This document shows positions 63,902 to 64,000 of a stretch of 64,000 bases of DNA, in pieces. This stretch comes from an uncultured Aliarcobacter sp. (lineage in GTDB: Bacteria > Campylobacterota > Campylobacteria > Campylobacterales > Arcobacteraceae). Under the pieces are notes generated by a model, which made no database searches, was not told the origin of the DNA, and was given only the letters and a program-made list of their open reading frames with translations. Both the position numbers and the translations under genes were made by a program. The DNA is taken from the NCBI GenBank assembly GCA_965657055.1, contig CBFHMY010000002.1, positions 274-64,273 on the forward strand. The letters run 5' to 3'. How positions within the stretch are numbered: the first letter of the stretch is position 1; the number at the start of each line of letters is the position of its first letter.

Positions 63902-64000
63902 ATTCAAAAAACTTTATAGCTGTTCTCCCAATGAGTGGCGAAATAGTAAATATAAGAATCATAAACCAAGTGAATATGAATTAAAAGAAGTAAACTTTTC
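63891..64000 (+). CDS. hypothetical protein, 5' part only (runs off the window)
   Basis: GAGG SD 6 nt before the ATG. MYNEFKKLYSCSPNEWRNSKYKNHKPSEYELKEVNF... is open to the window end. ATG..TGA overlap with the preceding open frame. Confidence 0.35.
   Translation, partial: MYNEFKKLYSCSPNEWRNSKYKNHKPSEYELKEVNF

Noticed and set aside
1-64000. Looked for CRISPR arrays, IS elements/transposases, integrases next to the tRNA cluster, prophage genes and rRNA.
   Set aside because: I saw no regularly spaced direct repeats with unique spacers. No DDE or tyrosine/serine recombinase-like ORFs are present. The tRNA cluster is flanked by ordinary sensor-kinase and small-protein genes.

Overview
This is a strongly AT-rich bacterial chromosomal segment. 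Gene content and protein motifs suggest a free-living Campylobacterota genome of the Arcobacter/Aliarcobacter type, but that is inference only, with no database search. Relevant motifs are several histidine kinases with an 'AHQWRQPL' H-box, a TRAP transporter, a split PqiA plus a 7-MCE LetB-like protein, and HtpG with a CIRCE operator.

I can support about 58 protein-coding genes, a cluster of four tRNAs (Gln-Tyr-Phe-Leu), several clear hairpin terminators and a few regulatory sites. I saw no CRISPR array, transposase, integrase or rRNA.

Signal transduction dominates the window: six histidine kinases, three response regulators and five GGDEF/EAL proteins. It also contains:
- A coherent minus-strand locus of sCache-kinase/OmpR-type regulator, TRAP DctPQM and 5-oxoprolinase PxpABC.
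- A TetR-controlled HlyD/RbbA/YhhJ-type ABC exporter operon.
- An oxidative-stress neighbourhood: catalase-ankyrin-PEBP-like operon, hemerythrin-PAS-GGDEF-EAL, LetAB-like lipid transporter and a truncated-globin-like protein.
- htpG, a large NAD-glutamate dehydrogenase, ybaK and an AlkD-like gene.

The most notable observations are:
1. A tandem hexamer box occurs at exactly the three promoters of the kinase/regulator, TRAP and pxp units. It predicts a regulon and a response-regulator binding site.
2. Three genes have conserved or open N-terminal coding sequence upstream of any ATG/GTG/TTG. Each has a good Shine-Dalgarno sequence in front of an ATT, ATA or ATC codon.
3. Two adjacent histidine kinases share a near-identical transmitter module but carry unrelated periplasmic sensor domains.
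4. A near-perfect CIRCE lies between htpG and a divergent HExxH protein.
5. PqiA/LetA is split by a single in-frame TAG.

All domain calls are by-eye motif recognition. No HMM or BLAST search was possible.
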